A DNA stretch of 64,000 nt, taken from positions 8,000,001-8,064,000 of the forward strand of contig CM075990.1 of the NCBI GenBank assembly GCA_038087875.1, given 5' to 3'. Origin of the DNA: Malacoraja senta (Eukaryota). The position numbers were made by a program, and so were the translations under genes. Shown here piece after piece: positions 12,926 through 26,635 of the stretch. The number at the start of each line of letters is the position of its first letter. Position 1 is the stretch's first letter. A model generated the notes under the pieces. It did no database searches. It was not told the DNA's origin and worked only from the letters and a program-made list of their open reading frames with translations.

Positions 12926-13123
12926 AGGGCCTGACCCACTTGGGCATCATTTACACGTCACGCAGGTGGCGCGCGAATATTTTGTGAATCCCAAAATCCT
13001 GGGGCGCAGCGCGTCACTGCCTACGTCACCACGCACCATGCACGCCATGTGCGCGTCACGTCGTGATGCGTATATTATGTCGCGGAAATGACGCGCAAAT
13101 GACGCCCAAGTGGGACAGGCCCT
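12926..13123. mobile_element. PIF/Harbinger-like MITE
   Basis: TIRs AGGGCCTGACCCACTTGGGCATCATTT / AAATGACGCCCAAGTGGGACAGGCCCT; 3-bp flanks TGA/TAA; CpG-rich interior. Confidence 0.75.
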
Positions 13124-14772
13124 TAATGTGGAGCCTGACTATCCAACACAAGCCTGATAGAGGAGCTCAGGATCAGGTATCAACTTTTGATGAAGCTTAA
13201 TGAAGAATGGGAAGAGTCAAGAACTGCATGTCCTCGAGCTGGTTTCAGGTTCGGAACTCCCCCACCTAAGTCGCACTAGCTGCTCATTTTCACACTACAA
13301 ACAGCCACAAACAGTCTGTTTCCTTTATCATCCTTACTTTTTTGCATATCTTTCATTCATTGTTCTTTATCTCTCCACATCACGGTCTATATCTCTCGTT
13401 TCCCTTGTCCCTACCCATTCCTTTTCTCCAGAGATGCTGCCTGTCCCGCTGAGTTACTCCAGCTTTTTGTGTCTATCTTTGGCGACAGTAATGTTGCATT
13501 TGGACTGGCCATATCTGGAGAAAAGTGACGTTTCGGGTCGAAACCCTTCCTCAGAGTTCAGATTGGGTTTGGTCTGGCCTTGGTTGGCTTGAATTTTGGG
13601 TTGGATTTGGTCCAGCTATGGTTATGTTTGGGTAGAATATGGTTGTGTTTGGAATTACTGAGGTTGGGTAGGGTTAAGGTTGGGGTTTGACTGGCCACAA
13701 TGATAAAAGATAAAAGATTTAGTTTGAATTTGGCCTGGCCTCAGTTGGGTAGGATTTGAGTCATGGTGGAAGTGACGAAAATCAAATTACTCCAGCATTT
13801 TGTGTCTACCTTTGATTTAAACCAGCATCCTCAGTTATTTCCTACACACAAAGATCAAATTGGGATTGGACTGGATTTGGTTCGATAGGGTTTGTGATCA
13901 TTAAACTGTCTTTTGGTGAGCCAATGAAAATAAAACCATTCATACACATGGTGTACTTCAAACTCTGCATGCTTTCTTTCTTTGATTATACCACTAAGAC
14001 AAGGGTTAAGTATTAGCTGTTTGTTTCTGAACAGTAGTGACTCACTGAAGATAGCCGGGACAGGCAGCATCTCTGGAGAGAAGGAATGGTTGAAGTTTCG
14101 GGTCGAGACCCTTTTTCAGACTGAGTCGGGGAGGGGGGGGGGGGGGAAGAGGGATACTCACAGAGTGGGGGCAGCGAGAGAGAATGTTGCAGATCTCTCA
14201 TTGGAGAGAGGAGGAGAACTTCTTCAAAGTAGGCATATGCTGCTTGTCTTCATCTTCCTTGTTGACCGTTTGTCTCTGGAGTGGTCACTGCCGGTGTACT
14301 CCATGTTCCTTTTATACATTTTAACATCAATCTTTCAGAAGGCTAGGGTTGCATTAAACCCATCTGAGTCGATCGGACACTGAGGGGCATGGAATGGGTG
14401 GAATTGATTCCACGCTCCTCAGGTGGGTCTTGATCAAGTCATCCCACCAAGACATTTCACCAATCTAACCCCCGGCCTCTGGTCATCTCTCTTCCCACCA
14501 TGACTGCTGTTGAGGCCTTTGTGATACCATGGGAGTTGTTTCGGAGTTGCTGATCTTAGTGCAACCAAACAGTTTCCGACTTGTTGCTCTCATTTACAAC
14601 TCCTGGTTCACAATTCTGTGATCAATCAATCAGTACTGGAGAATGCGCTCCGTTTAAGCTGTGATCAATTCTCTTCTCATTCCTGGAGAATTTCACAGAC
14701 CATTAACTATCCTGTGTGCAGTCTCTTAAAATCAGAAACACTGTCCAATCTTTTTATTCTGGGACATCCTTT

Positions 14773-15080
14773 GGGCAGCACGGTGGCGCAGCGGTAGAGT
14801 TGGTGCCTCACCGCGCCAGAGACCCGGGTTCGTTCCTGACTACGGGTGCTGTCTGTATGGAATTTGTCCGTTCTCCCCGTGACCTGCATGGGTTTTCTCC
14901 GGGATCTTTGGTTTCCTCTCACATTCCAAAGACGTATAGGTTTGTAGATTAATTGGCTTGTTATGATAGTAAATTGTCCCTAGTGTGTAGGAAAGTGTTA
15001 GTGTGTGGGGATCGCTGGTCGGTACGGACTCGGTGGGCCGAAGGGCCTGTTTCCGCGCTGTATCTCTAAACTAAACTATA
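14773..15080 (+). mobile_element. Full-length V-SINE (HE1-like)
   Basis: tRNA head with A-box TGGCGCAGCGG and B-box GGTTCGTTCC, conserved body, CR1-like tail gggccgaagggcctgtttcc and (CTAAA)n. Confidence 0.9.
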
Positions 15081-15193
15081 CTCAACTTTGTAAGTCACCT
15101 TGGTACAGCTTGGTTTTTCTTTGCACAATAATCTGTTCAGATTAAAATTGGTTTCCCATCACACGTTGCGGAGGTTTGGTTATGAACCACATA

Positions 15194-15297
15194 AGGGCCT
15201 GTTCCACTTGGGCATCATTTGCGTGTAATTTACGTGACATCATTTACGTGCCACCTGCGTGACGTGCAAATGACGCCCAAGTGGGATAGTGGGCCCT
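15194..15297. mobile_element. Internally deleted Harbinger-like MITE
   Basis: Same TIRs as 12926-13123, flanked by ATA/ATA. Confidence 0.7.
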
Positions 15298-16646
15298 ATA
15301 GTTTCAGTCATAGTTTTACAATTCGGGTGGGGTTGGCAATGGCCACAGTTGGTATTGTCCAGATTGGCCACAGTTGGAGTCAGGGAGGGGTAAACTTGAG
15401 GTATGGGAAGGTACAGAACACAGCAGGGCCTGTGACTCAGGAAAAGTGGAGCCCACAATGGTCAATTGTTGGCTGGGGACGAGGGATAATGCGGTTTTGT
15501 TGGAGAACAAGATGGTGGATGAAATCTAACCACATTAGAAGGTGCTGGGGGTGACAAACTCTGAGCAGGAGCTGGCTGCGGATGCTCAGTGCTACACTGA
15601 CAACTGCAGTATCCTTTGCATTTATGCCAGCATCACTCACAATGGAGTTTGGAGCAGAATCTATTCCTGGAAAGCTGTGGTGGAAGAAAGATTTACATCA
15701 GAGAATCAACCTGCCGGTGCTTGGAAGAATTTCAATGCTTCCTGCAGTAACTACAATGTGGGCAGCAAAGAGAACAGGCCCTCACTTAACCTTCTCCTTA
15801 GCTGCTCCAAAAATTGAATGATAATAGCAAGATTAATTAATTGATTGAAAGATGCATTGTTGAAACAGGCCATTCGGCCCAACGTGTTCATGCCAGGCTA
15901 TTCGCCCCATCAAGTCTACTCCTCATTCAATCATGGCTGATCTATCTTTTCCTCCCAATCCCATTCTCCTGCCTTCTCCCCACAACCCCTGACGCCTTTA
16001 CTAATCAAGAATCTATCAATCACCGCCTTAACAATGTCCATTGACTTGGCCTCCAGAGCCGTCTTTGGCAATGAATTCCACCGTCTGACCTCCTCGTCTC
16101 CTTTCTAAAGGTAGGTCATTTTATTTTGAAGCTATGACCTCTAGTCCACAAGGGGAAACATCCTCTCCATATACACCTGATCCAAGCCTTTCACTTGATA
16201 TTCACAAATAAGTATCCAAGTCCCATGAGACAAAAAGGACCCAAACCAGCGGAGGACATCATTGCAGCACAATAGGTTTACAGGGCAGTTTCTATGATAA
16301 ATGAGTATGAAAAAGAAGGTGCATCTGGGCATAAAATTGTTCATGTATATTTTGTGGTGTTGGTCTTTCTCTTTCTCAGAGCTATATACAAAGTTGTTTT
16401 GCATAGAAATACCCTGTTCAAATAAACACAACAGTGACAGGAGTGTTAACCATTTGTGCCCTGTCCTATTTGGTAAGTGTATAAAGCACGTGGGCGCAGA
16501 AATGTATTGGTTTTATAGGTCCGGGCTTTAGAACAGCGGCACGGTGGCGCAGTGGTAGAGTTGCTGCCTTATAGCGCTTACAGCGCCAGTCTTCAGTTGT
16601 GTTGCTTGTGTGATTACATGATGCAATTCTTCTCCGACTGTTAACT

Positions 16647-16862
16647 GGGGACAATTTACACGTACACCAAGCCAATTAACCTAAATCTGTACGTCTTCAG
16701 AGTGTGGGAGGAAACCGAAGCTCTTGGAAAAAACACACGCGGTCACGGGGAGAATGCACAAACTCTGTACAGACCGCACCCGTAGTCGGGATCGAACCCT
16801 GGTCTCCGGCACTGCAAGCGCTGTGAGGCAGCAACTCTACCGCTGCGCCACCATGCCACCCC
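16647..16862 (-). mobile_element. V-SINE (HE1-like), with an extra plus-strand head at 16538-16590
   Basis: gggatcgaacc and ctaccgctgcgccaccatgcc; ggcacggtggcgcagtggtagagttgctgcc at 16538. Confidence 0.8.
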
Positions 16863-19800
16863 TAAATGTACAAACAAACACCATGACTGGGAAGGGTACC
16901 TTGTCAGCTTTTAACTATTTGACCAAAATGATGATTATATTTAACTTTATATTTAAAGTGACTGCAGATGCTAAAGTTACTAATGCAAGAAAGATGAATC
17001 ATGAACATGCGAGCAAAAGGAATCTGGATTTAATTTGTGTGAAAGTGAAGTTTTGATTTACATTTGCATAACCAAATGTGGGGTGATAGGAACGGAAGTC
17101 AAGGCTAAAGACTTTTAAATCGAAGATGTCAGCATGTTTTCTCTTAACTAGGAACCTTGTGGCTGTGGAAGATTAAAGTGTTTTTTTTATTTCTAAGATA
17201 AGATGTGGCTTTGAAACCCAAATTCTGCTCTAGCTGTAGAATAATGTCTGGTTTAAAATGAAATGAGCTTTTGCAAAGTATAATTGAGCTGTAACTGCGT
17301 GAAACAAAAGCAATTTTAAGTTGAAATGAATGATTTAAAGAAAAAAGTGTGTGTTTTTTGTGCTGAACAAGCTGCACACTGATGGGGCTTGTCTACTATT
17401 GTGCATAATGGAAGACCACACAGTCCAGAGTCCAGAAACTGTCACTTTCCTACTGCCAAAATGTGTAGGAAGGAAGTGCAGATGTTGGTGCATACAGAAG
17501 ATAGACACAAAATGCTGGAGTAACTCAGGAGATCAGGCAACATCTCTGATGTGAAGAAAGTGGATAAGTGACATTTTGGGTTGAAACCTGAAATGTTGTC
17601 TCTCCATGTTCTCCCAAAGATGTTGCCTGAGTTACTCCAGCACTTTGTATACCAAAATGCTTGGGTTGGGTAAGCTAATTGCCCACTGTAAATTGCATCG
17701 AGTGTGTGGGTGATTGGTAAAATCTGGGGGTATTGACAGCAACTTGTGGAGAATAAGGATCCTGATCTGAAACATCACCTACCCACATTCACCTTAGTCG
17801 CTTAGTCGGTATTAATATTCACCTTGATCCATCAGTCTGAAGGAGGGTCTCACCCACTCCTTCTCTCCAGAGATGCTGCCTGTCTCACTGAGTTTCTCCA
17901 GCATTTTGAGTCTATTATAGTGAGACGCGTGTTGTTAAACAAAGTGATCTTTATTGAGTTAAACAAAGAACAGCACTTTGTGTTTTGCTCAAGATGTCAG
18001 CATCTGCATTTCCTTGTGTCTCCATCCTCAAGCAGCCTTGACCCTCAAGCATGTTCAACTCCATTTCTGGTTAGCTCAACTACATTGCTGGTTGGCACAC
18101 AACCACAGCTTGTCACCATACCTTCGTACACGTGACAATGAACTAAACTGATAAACGAGAAAGAAAATGTCACCGTATTTAATCGGAGTGTGGGCTCTGC
18201 TGGTAAACTGTAAAAAGATTCCACCTCCCAATGTGAGAAAAATGTGAGTTTAACGCATTTGTGCCAAAGCAAATGACTGGGATTATCAGGTTGCATTTTG
18301 GAAACCATGCAAAATGACTTGGAAAGGTTTGTGATCCAATTTACTCTCTGGGAAATACAATTCTCGATTGCAGAGTGCGTAAGAGAACAGCAATACCCTC
18401 CAAACAAATTTCCAGGTCTGATCGTTTTGGCAGTTATATTCATCTCTTGTTTTTCCTTTCCATCTGCTTGGCAAATGTTCATAGTTGTGTTCTTTCAACT
18501 GTCCATTCAAAGTCTGTCTGATGATTATTTGCTCTGTGGAAAGTATAGAACGGTCCAAGTGTGGAAAGAATACAATTCCAGCATCATCATCACCTTCTCC
18601 ATATTCTATGCCCCAGCTAATAAATGACCCACCATATTCATCTGCTCCACTGCCTTGGATGGAGGGATGGACCTTCCAAGGTGCTCTGATCATCCAGTTC
18701 ATTCAATGTCCTTCCATTCTTGAACATTCCCTTGCATTATATCACAGTTCTTTGAGTTAAATTTCACTTCTGCTTTTCTGCACAACTGATCTGACATCTC
18801 TATCTTCCTGCAGTCTAAATCTTTCCTCCTCCCGTCACCACATGGAAGATATCTGCTTTGTTGGCCAACTGCTTTGTCAAGCTCCTACGTTTAAGTCTAA
18901 ATCATTAGAATATTCAGCAAAGGGTCAAGTACTGAGCCCCGTGGAAACCACTAGTCAATAAAATTTCTGCTCTGCCTTAGATCTCCCTTTTTCCCTTTTT
19001 CAAGGAGCCTACCATGTGGGACCTTGTCTAAAGCTTTGCTAAAATCCAAGTAGACCACATCATCACACGAGAAACTGACTGAGCATTACTGCCAAGCATC
19101 CTACGAAGGGGAATTGAACTCTTTGCCAAATACTAAACTGAAGTCAACCATTTGGCCCTAGCAGAGCAATCCCATTTCTCTCTCTTTACTATTCCTACTC
19201 CTTCCTCTCTATTCTCTCTGACATGCACGTCAATTCCTCTTTCTTTCTTTGCGGTTCAGCTGTGCAAAGGAGTGATTTACAGTAACCAATTAATCTGCCT
19301 TTTGGCTGCAAGCACCTGACTGTCAGCATTGCCCAGGTCTCCTCGGCTTCCTCATTTTCCCCCAGACGTTGCTCAGAAATTGGCCGTGGATCGGAGGTGG
19401 AAGAAGCTCCTATTATCCATCATGTTTCACTAATGAACACATCAAAAAGGGAAAATATCTTTCAAGGTTGCCTGAAACTTCATCACAACCCTAAACTTTC
19501 TCACTACTTGTCGGATACACTGCCTGTCTTTCCTATCACTCGATTGCATTGTATTTGGCCACCTAGATAACTAACACTAGTCTGCGAGTGTCCAAACAAC
19601 TGAAAGAAATATCCACTGATGCTGAATCTGTGCTGATCCAATCGAGAGTACAAGTTGTCCTTTTACTGCAGTGTCATTGTTAATTTGCTGAAATCTCATC
19701 AGTTTTGTCACTGGCTGGTGTGCGGTAGGCTTTTGCTGCTCTTCTGTGTGGCTGGTGTGTGCTAAAATGTCACCCATCCTTTTTCTCCAGAGATACTGCT

Positions 19801-20189
19801 GCCTGACCCACTGAATTACTCCAGCAATTTGTATCCATCTTTGGAATAAACCAGCATCTGCAGTTCCTTTCTACACAATGAAACACAAAGCTTGCTCATA
19901 ATTGTAGTTCCATTGTGCAGCCAGCTAGTTTTGAACAAGTCACACACAGGTTCCTGTAATGCCACTGATGTTTACACTATAGAAACTAGGGTACACCCTA
20001 TAAGCTGAGGTACTGTTTGATTCACTTCTGCCCCATTGAGGACATTGGACTTTATCTGAGGAACTGATACATTACAATGCTGAGAACTATATTCTGCACT
20101 CTGTAACTTATTCTTTGCTCTAACTATTGTACTTGAGTTTGACCTGGTTGTATCTGCATATGATATGCGTAGGAAGATGCTTATTTTCA

Positions 20190-20335
20190 ACTGAAGATAG
20201 ACACAAAAAGCTGGAGTAACTCGGCGGGACAGGCAGCATCTCTGGAGAGAAGGAATGGGTGATGTAACACTTATTCCTTCTCTCCAGAGATGCTGCCTGT
20301 CCCGCTGTGTTACTCCAGCTTTTTGTGTTTATCTG
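20190..20335. mobile_element. Inverted Penelope termini
   Basis: agatagacacaaaaagctggagtaac...gaaggaat mirrored by attccttctctccagagatgctgcc...gtgtttatct. Confidence 0.75.
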
Positions 20336-21185
20336 CGAAGATATATCTGATTGGTTTGGCTAGCATGCAAAACAAAACTCTTCAATGTAGTTCGATACAT
20401 GTAACAATAATATACCCAAACTAGAAGGAGACTGCTATCCTAAATGGCCTGGCCCCTTGCTGATCTGAATGGTCTGATCTCCACACAGACTGTGCCTTCC
20501 TCTGTTTTTTGACAAGCATCTGGATTAAGACCTTGCTACTTGAAGAATAGGCAGCAGAAGCTTGTCACAAGCATCACGACTGTGTTGAAAGTATCTGCGG
20601 TGATGGCAGATGGAAGGAAGATATATGATAACAATGAACGGTGAGGCTGTCACTTAGCGGTGCAGTGCTCCTGGAGCAGCTGTTTGTCGCAGCAAGCTAA
20701 TCCAAGCAGGCTTGAGACCTGTGTAGGAATGAACTGCAGATGCTGGTTTAAATCAAAGGTAGACACAAAATGCTGGAGTAACTCAGCGGGACAGGCAGCA
20801 TCTCTGGAGGGAAGGAATGGGTGACGTCTCGGGTCGAGACCCTTCTAGGCTTGAGACTTGGGTATATGAGCCTTGTCTCTCTTGCCCAGCTCCCCGCAGC
20901 TGTCATCCTGAATCCCAGCTTCACCATGGACCTGACGATAGACATTAAACTTCAGCTTCACATGGGGACTTACAAAGTGCCACTTCCAATTTGTCAAGTG
21001 CCTTGATGTTTCCATACCGCAGTTCGGAGCTGCTTGCCAGGTTAATGAGACAGATCGTCTTCAGATGAAGGTCCAGTGATGATTACTGTGGCATCCCATT
21101 AGATACAGCAGCCCAGCATTAAAGTGATCCATTTATGCTGACTGTCTTTTAGTTAACAAACCTCCATACTCCATGCAAATACATT

Positions 21186-21880
21186 GGTTTATAGATACAG
21201 TGAGGAAACAGGCCCTTCGGCCCACGTGTTCGCGCCAACCACCAATCACCCATACACTAGTTCAATCCCACACACTAGGAACAAATTACAGAAACCAATT
21301 AACCTACAAACCTGCACGTCATTTGGAATGTGGGAGGAAACTGGAGCACCCGGAGAAAGAGTTTGGAAGAATGAGGGGGGACCTCATTGAAACATAGAGA
21401 ATAGTGAAAGGCTTGGAAAGAGTGGATGTGGAGAGGATGTTTCTACTAGTGGAATAGTTTAGGACTAGCGGTCACAGACTCAGAATCAAAGGACGTTCTT
21501 TTAGGAAGGAGATGAGGAGACATTTCTTTAGTCCAAGGGTGGTGAATCTGTGGAATTCTTTGCCACAGAAGGCTGTGGAGGCCAAGTCAGTGGATATTTG
21601 TAAGGCAGAGATAGATAGATTCTTGATTAGTACAGGTGTCAGAGGTTATGGGGTGAAGGCAGGAGAATGGGGTTAGGAGGGAGAGATAGATCAGCCATGA
21701 TTGAATGGTGGAGTAGACTTGATGGGCTGAATGTCCTAATTCTACTCTTATCCCTTATGACCTTAAAACCCATGTGGTCACAGGGAGAATGTACAAACAC
21801 CGTACAGACAGCAACTGTAGTCGGGATCGAACCTGGGTCTCAGGAACTGTAAGGCAACAACCCTACCACTGTCACCCCAA
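21186..21880 (-). mobile_element. V-SINE interrupted by a plus-strand CR1 3' fragment (about 21360-21762)
   Basis: SINE breaks at ggagcacccggagaaa and resumes at aaaacccatgtggtcacaggg; the insert encodes RMRGDLIET...QRVVNLWN-like sequence. Confidence 0.8.
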
Positions 21881-22259
21881 AACTCTGGTAAGCTCTTACC
21901 TAATTTAATATCCAGTTATGTCGCATTTTAAAATCCATATATATCACATCTACTGATTTTCCCTCTGACAACCCGGTTCATTTACGTCTTAAAAGAACTG
22001 TAATAAATTTGTGAAACATGATATTCATTTCACAGAACCATAATTTTCCTTGATAGATTTCCGAATTGTTCTGCTGCTACTTCACGAATGATGAATTTCC
22101 CTTTGCCAGCTGAGGGTCACACAGAAACTTGGTGCAGCAATTGGAAGGGATCTGTGGAGAAAAAAAACATGGTATAAAGTTTTAGTAGCGCTGGGTACTG
22201 AGGGGCAGGGGCCTGTGTACTACCAGTTGGGTATTTCACTGGCTTGTGTGGGAATGAAA

Positions 22260-22660
22260 GAAGATTGAGGGGGAATCTTATAGAAACTTACAAAATTCTT
22301 AAGGGGTTGGACAGGCTAGATGCAGGAAGATTATTCCCGATGTTGGGGAAGTCCAGAACAAGGGGGTCACAGTTTAAGGATAAGGGGGAAGTCTTTTAGG
22401 ACCGAGATGAGAAAATCATTTTTTACACAGAGAGTGGTGAATGTGTGGAATTCTCTGCCACAGAAGGTAGTTGAGGCCAGTTCATTGGCTATATTTACGA
22501 GGGAGTTAGATGTGGCTAAAGGGATCAGGGGGTGTGGAGAGAAGGCAGGTACAGGATACTGAGTTGGATGATCAGCCATGATCATATTGAATGGCGGTGC
22601 AGGCTCGAAGGGCCGAATGGCCTACTCCTGCACCTATTTTCTATGTTTCTATGTTTCTAT
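22260..22660 (+). mobile_element. CR1 3' end, same family as 5365-7183
   Basis: Nearly identical to 6775-7183, with (TCTATGTT)n tail. Confidence 0.9.
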
Positions 22661-22792
22661 GTTGAATTTCAAAGAGAAAAGAAGAAGTTGCCCTTAAAAT
22701 GGTGTTGGCAGTTGAAATTGATGAACTCAACTTTGGAACAAGCAGCTGTGAAGTTTGTGACTGAAAGATCAAAGGCTGGTCTTTAAGCTTAA

Positions 22793-22997
22793 AGGGCCTG
22801 TCCCACTTGTGAATCCCAAAATCCTGGGGCTCCGCGCGCGACCGTGCGTCACTGCCTACGCCACCACGTCTCACCACGCACCATGCGCGCATCACGACGC
22901 GATCGTAATGCGTAAATGATGTTGCGTCGTGCATCGTGACGCCTAAATGATGTTGTGAAAATGACGCGCAAATAACGCCCAAGTGGGACAGGCCCCT
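22793..22997. mobile_element. Harbinger-like MITE
   Basis: AGGGCCTGTCCCACTTG ... CAAGTGGGACAGGCCCCT with TWA flanks; interior shared with the 12926 copy (gaatcccaaaatcctgggg). Confidence 0.75.
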
Positions 22998-24177
22998 TTA
23001 GGTTGTTTGACCAACATGGGCAGCAATAGGTACAACCAGCATCTGGCCATGTTGTCAAGGTAGTTTCTTCCATTTGTTTCTTCGAATTCCAACTTATTTA
23101 AGATGTATTCACAGATGAATATCTACCAGCATTGGCTTTTGTTCTGAGTAGAGTTCTCTGCAAATCCCCTCCAAAGAATTGTTCAAAATGTTGTCAGGCT
23201 GCACTTGGAATACTGTGTTCAGTTTTGGTCACCATGCTATAGGAATGATGCCATTGGAAAGAGTGCAGGGAAGATTTGCCGGGATGTGGTCACGACTTGT
23301 TGGACTGAGTTGCAATGAAAGACTGGGCAGCCTAGGAATATATTCTTTGGAGTGTAGGAGATTGATGGGTGATTTTACAGAGGTGTATAAAATCACGACA
23401 GGCATCGATAGGGCGAATGTACAGTCTTGTTTTAACCAGGGTTGGGTAATGAAGAACCAGAGGACACAGTTTCAAGGTGAGAGTGGAAATCTTGAAAAGA
23501 GACTTGAGGGGCAACTTTTTAACAGAGGGTGATACGCAATGGAATGTACTGCCAGAGCAAGTACTGGTTGAGGCAAGTATAATGACAACATTTACAAAGA
23601 TAAATGTTTTTGAGGGATATGGGTCAATTGCAGGCAAATGGGACTAGCTTAGATGAGCATGGATGAGTTGGACCGAATTGCCCCTTTCCGTTCTGTATGA
23701 CTATGACATCAATTTGGCATGTTACAAGCAAAATTAATAATAAAGCTATAGAAGTGTAAAACCGCACAAATCCAGATTCAGGGACAATTTCTTTCCAGCT
23801 CTTATCAGGCAATTGAATCATCCTATCACCAACGAGAGAGCAGTCCTGAACTACTATCTACCTCATTGGTGACCCTCAGACTATCCTTGTTCGGACATTG
23901 CTGGCTTTACATTGCACTGAACTTTATTCCCTTATCATGTATCTACACACTATACATGGCTCGATTGTAATCATGTCTTGTCTTTCCACTGACTGGATAG
24001 CACACAACAAAAGCTTTTCACTGTACTTTGGTACACATGGCAATAAACTAAACTGAAACTAATATGATTTATTCTGTAAATTAACACAATGCAATTTTGT
24101 GTTACCATGCAGCTAAGAGAGGTACATTTTTCTCTCCAAGTTTTCATGCTGAGCTTTGATCTTAGTCCTGCCACAAT

Positions 24178-24300
24178 AGGAGGACGGAGAAAAAAAGCTT
24201 CAAGGATGTTCTCAAAGCTCCTTGAAAAGATGCAGCTTCCTCACCGACCCAGGAGAGTCTCTAGACCCTGGTCTTCCATCTTCCAGGGACATCTGTGAAG
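24178..24300 (+). mobile_element. RTE/BovB-like LINE C-terminal remnant
   Basis: Frameshifted GGRRK..FKDVLKA.LKRCS..TD..ESL resembles the RTE ORF C-terminus. Confidence 0.5.
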
Positions 24301-25389
24301 GCGCTGAACCCTTTGAGTCTCTTTCATGCTAATCCCACGTGGAAAATCAAGTGAAAGTGGCAAAAGGAGCAAAGGAACTTTAATCTCACAGAGGTGTATA
24401 CGATCATGAGAGGAGTAGATCGGGTAGATGCACAGAGTCTCTTGCCCAGAGTAGGTGAATCGAGGACCAGAGGACGTAGGTTTAAGGTGAAGGGGAAAAG
24501 ATTTAATAGGAATCTGAGGGGTACCAGAGGAGGTAGTTGAGGCAGGGACTATGCCAACTTTTAAGAAGCAGTTAGACATGGATAGGACAGGTTTGGAGGG
24601 ACATGGCCCAAATGCTGGCAGGTGATACTAGTGTAGCTGGGACATGTTGGTCGATGTGGGCAAGTCAGGCTGAAGGGCCTGTTTAAACACTGTATCACTC
24701 TATGACTCTAAATTCCAAACATCCCATCGAGCATCTCCTTCCCCACCGGTGGCGAAACCCATGGTTCCTCCATAGGACTCGTCGGCCATCTCAGAACCTA
24801 GACTGGAGTGGAGGCCAGTATTCCTTCATCCTGAGAGACTGCCTCATAAGAGTGATCTTGGAGCGCTGCTGAGCTGGTATCTGGTTTGGCCACAAAGGAA
24901 GTAGCTGGGTGCTGATTTCAATCCTGCCACTAGAGGAACTGCTGAGCTGCAATCTCGCTCCGAGCCAAGTTGTGATCTGCCGCGTTGTGATCTGTGAGCT
25001 GCCACTAGGGGTGGTGTTGAGCCCTGAACGCAGTCTATTGATGGAGTGGGTGGTGTTTCATGGAAGGTCAATCTCTTACCCACAGCAGTGACAACTTAAA
25101 AAAATAAACAGTTAAAGGCAATCATTCTGTCAGATGCCTTGAAGCTCAAATGGTGCATTGAAAAGATAAAAATATACTCAGGAAAATAATAACACCAATG
25201 GGGGAAGCAACATTTTTTAATGTTTTGGAGTCAAAAGCAGACTGCTGCAGAAACTCGGCTCGAAGAGCAGCATCTGTAAAGGGGAAGGAATTGAAACAGT
25301 GCCCTGTTGAAGGGTCTCGACTCGAAACGTTGACCATTAACGCAGAGGGTGGTGGGTATATGCAACATGCTGCCGGAGGTTTGTTTTCC

Positions 25390-25858
25390 AGCAAGAAATT
25401 GCAGCAAATTGTGGACGCAGCCCAGACCATCACACAAACCAACCTCCCTTCCATCGACTCCATTTATATCTCACGCTGCCTCGGCAAGGCCAGCAGCATA
25501 ATCAAGGACGAGTCACACCCTGGCCACTCTCTCTCTTCCCCTCTCCCATCGGGCAAAAGGTATAGAAGTGTGACAGCGCACACCTCCAGATTCAGGGATA
25601 GTTTCTTCCCAGTTATCAGACAACTGAATCATCCTAACGCAACTAGAGAGCAGTCCTGAACTATTATCTACCTCATTGGTGACCCTCGGACTATCCTTGA
25701 TCGGACTTCACTGGCTTTACCTTGCACTAAACGTTATTCCCTTATCATGTATTTATAAACTGTAATCACGCATTGTCTTTCCGCTGACGGGTTAGCCCGC
25801 GACAAAAGCTTTTCACTGTGCCTCGGTACCCGTGACAATAAACTAAACTGAAACTGAA
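25390..25858 (+). mobile_element. Rex1/Babar LINE 3' end
   Basis: KLQQIVDAAQTIT...SRCLGKASSIIKDESHPGH...LPSGKRYRS...FRDSFFP, 3' UTR and aataaactaaactgaaactgaa tail. Confidence 0.85.
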
Positions 25859-26635
25859 GGAGTTAGTTGAGGCAGATACTATTACAGCATTTAAAAGACA
25901 TTTGGACAGGTACATGGATAGGAAAGATTTAGAGGGATGTGGACCAAATGCGGGCAGGTGAGGGTAGCATGGATGGTGCTTCATGGTCAGCATGGGTAAG
26001 TTCGGCCAAAGGGCCAGTTTCAGTGCCAAATGACTCCTGGACTTTATAACTCCAATTCCTTCCCCTCTGCGGATATTGCCTGACTGGATGCGTTACCACA
26101 GCAGATGGTTTATTGGCTCCAAATTGCAGCATCTGCAGTCTCTTGTGTCTCCATTTAAAACATTATGTTGGTACATGGGGGATCTGCTGAAAGTGTTAAC
26201 TGTAGGGGAAATTTATTTCATTGTACCACCCTTGCAAATTGGTTGGGCCTCAAGTCAAGACTCCTATTTGTTGGAGTCAGCAGCTGTATTCTCTGCATGG
26301 TCGTGTCAACCTCCCATGGCATGAGGAATGCCATGGGGACTGATGCCAAGAAGTCTACATACCAGGAGCAGATTGTAAACCTAACATAAAGAGCTTTATA
26401 GTGCTGTTGATCATCGCACTGCCAAATTACGGCAGCTTTTAATCAGTATGTCCATTAGACAGGTAATAATGATTCATCCTTTGCTAACCACGCACGTCTG
26501 GAGATGCCAGGAACTGCAGATGTTGGAATCTTGAGCAAAAATCAAAGTGCTGGAGAACTTAGCAGCTCAGGCAGCATCCATGGGGGGGAATAAACAGGCA
26601 TTGTTTTGGGTTGGGGCCCTGTTTTCTGACTTTTG

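Noticed and set aside
13555..13770. G/T-rich, telomere-like tract
   Set aside because: No true (TTAGGG)n array; degenerate simple sequence.
14773..14845. tRNA-like A and B boxes
   Set aside because: SINE heads continuing into the SINE body; no complete cloverleaf.
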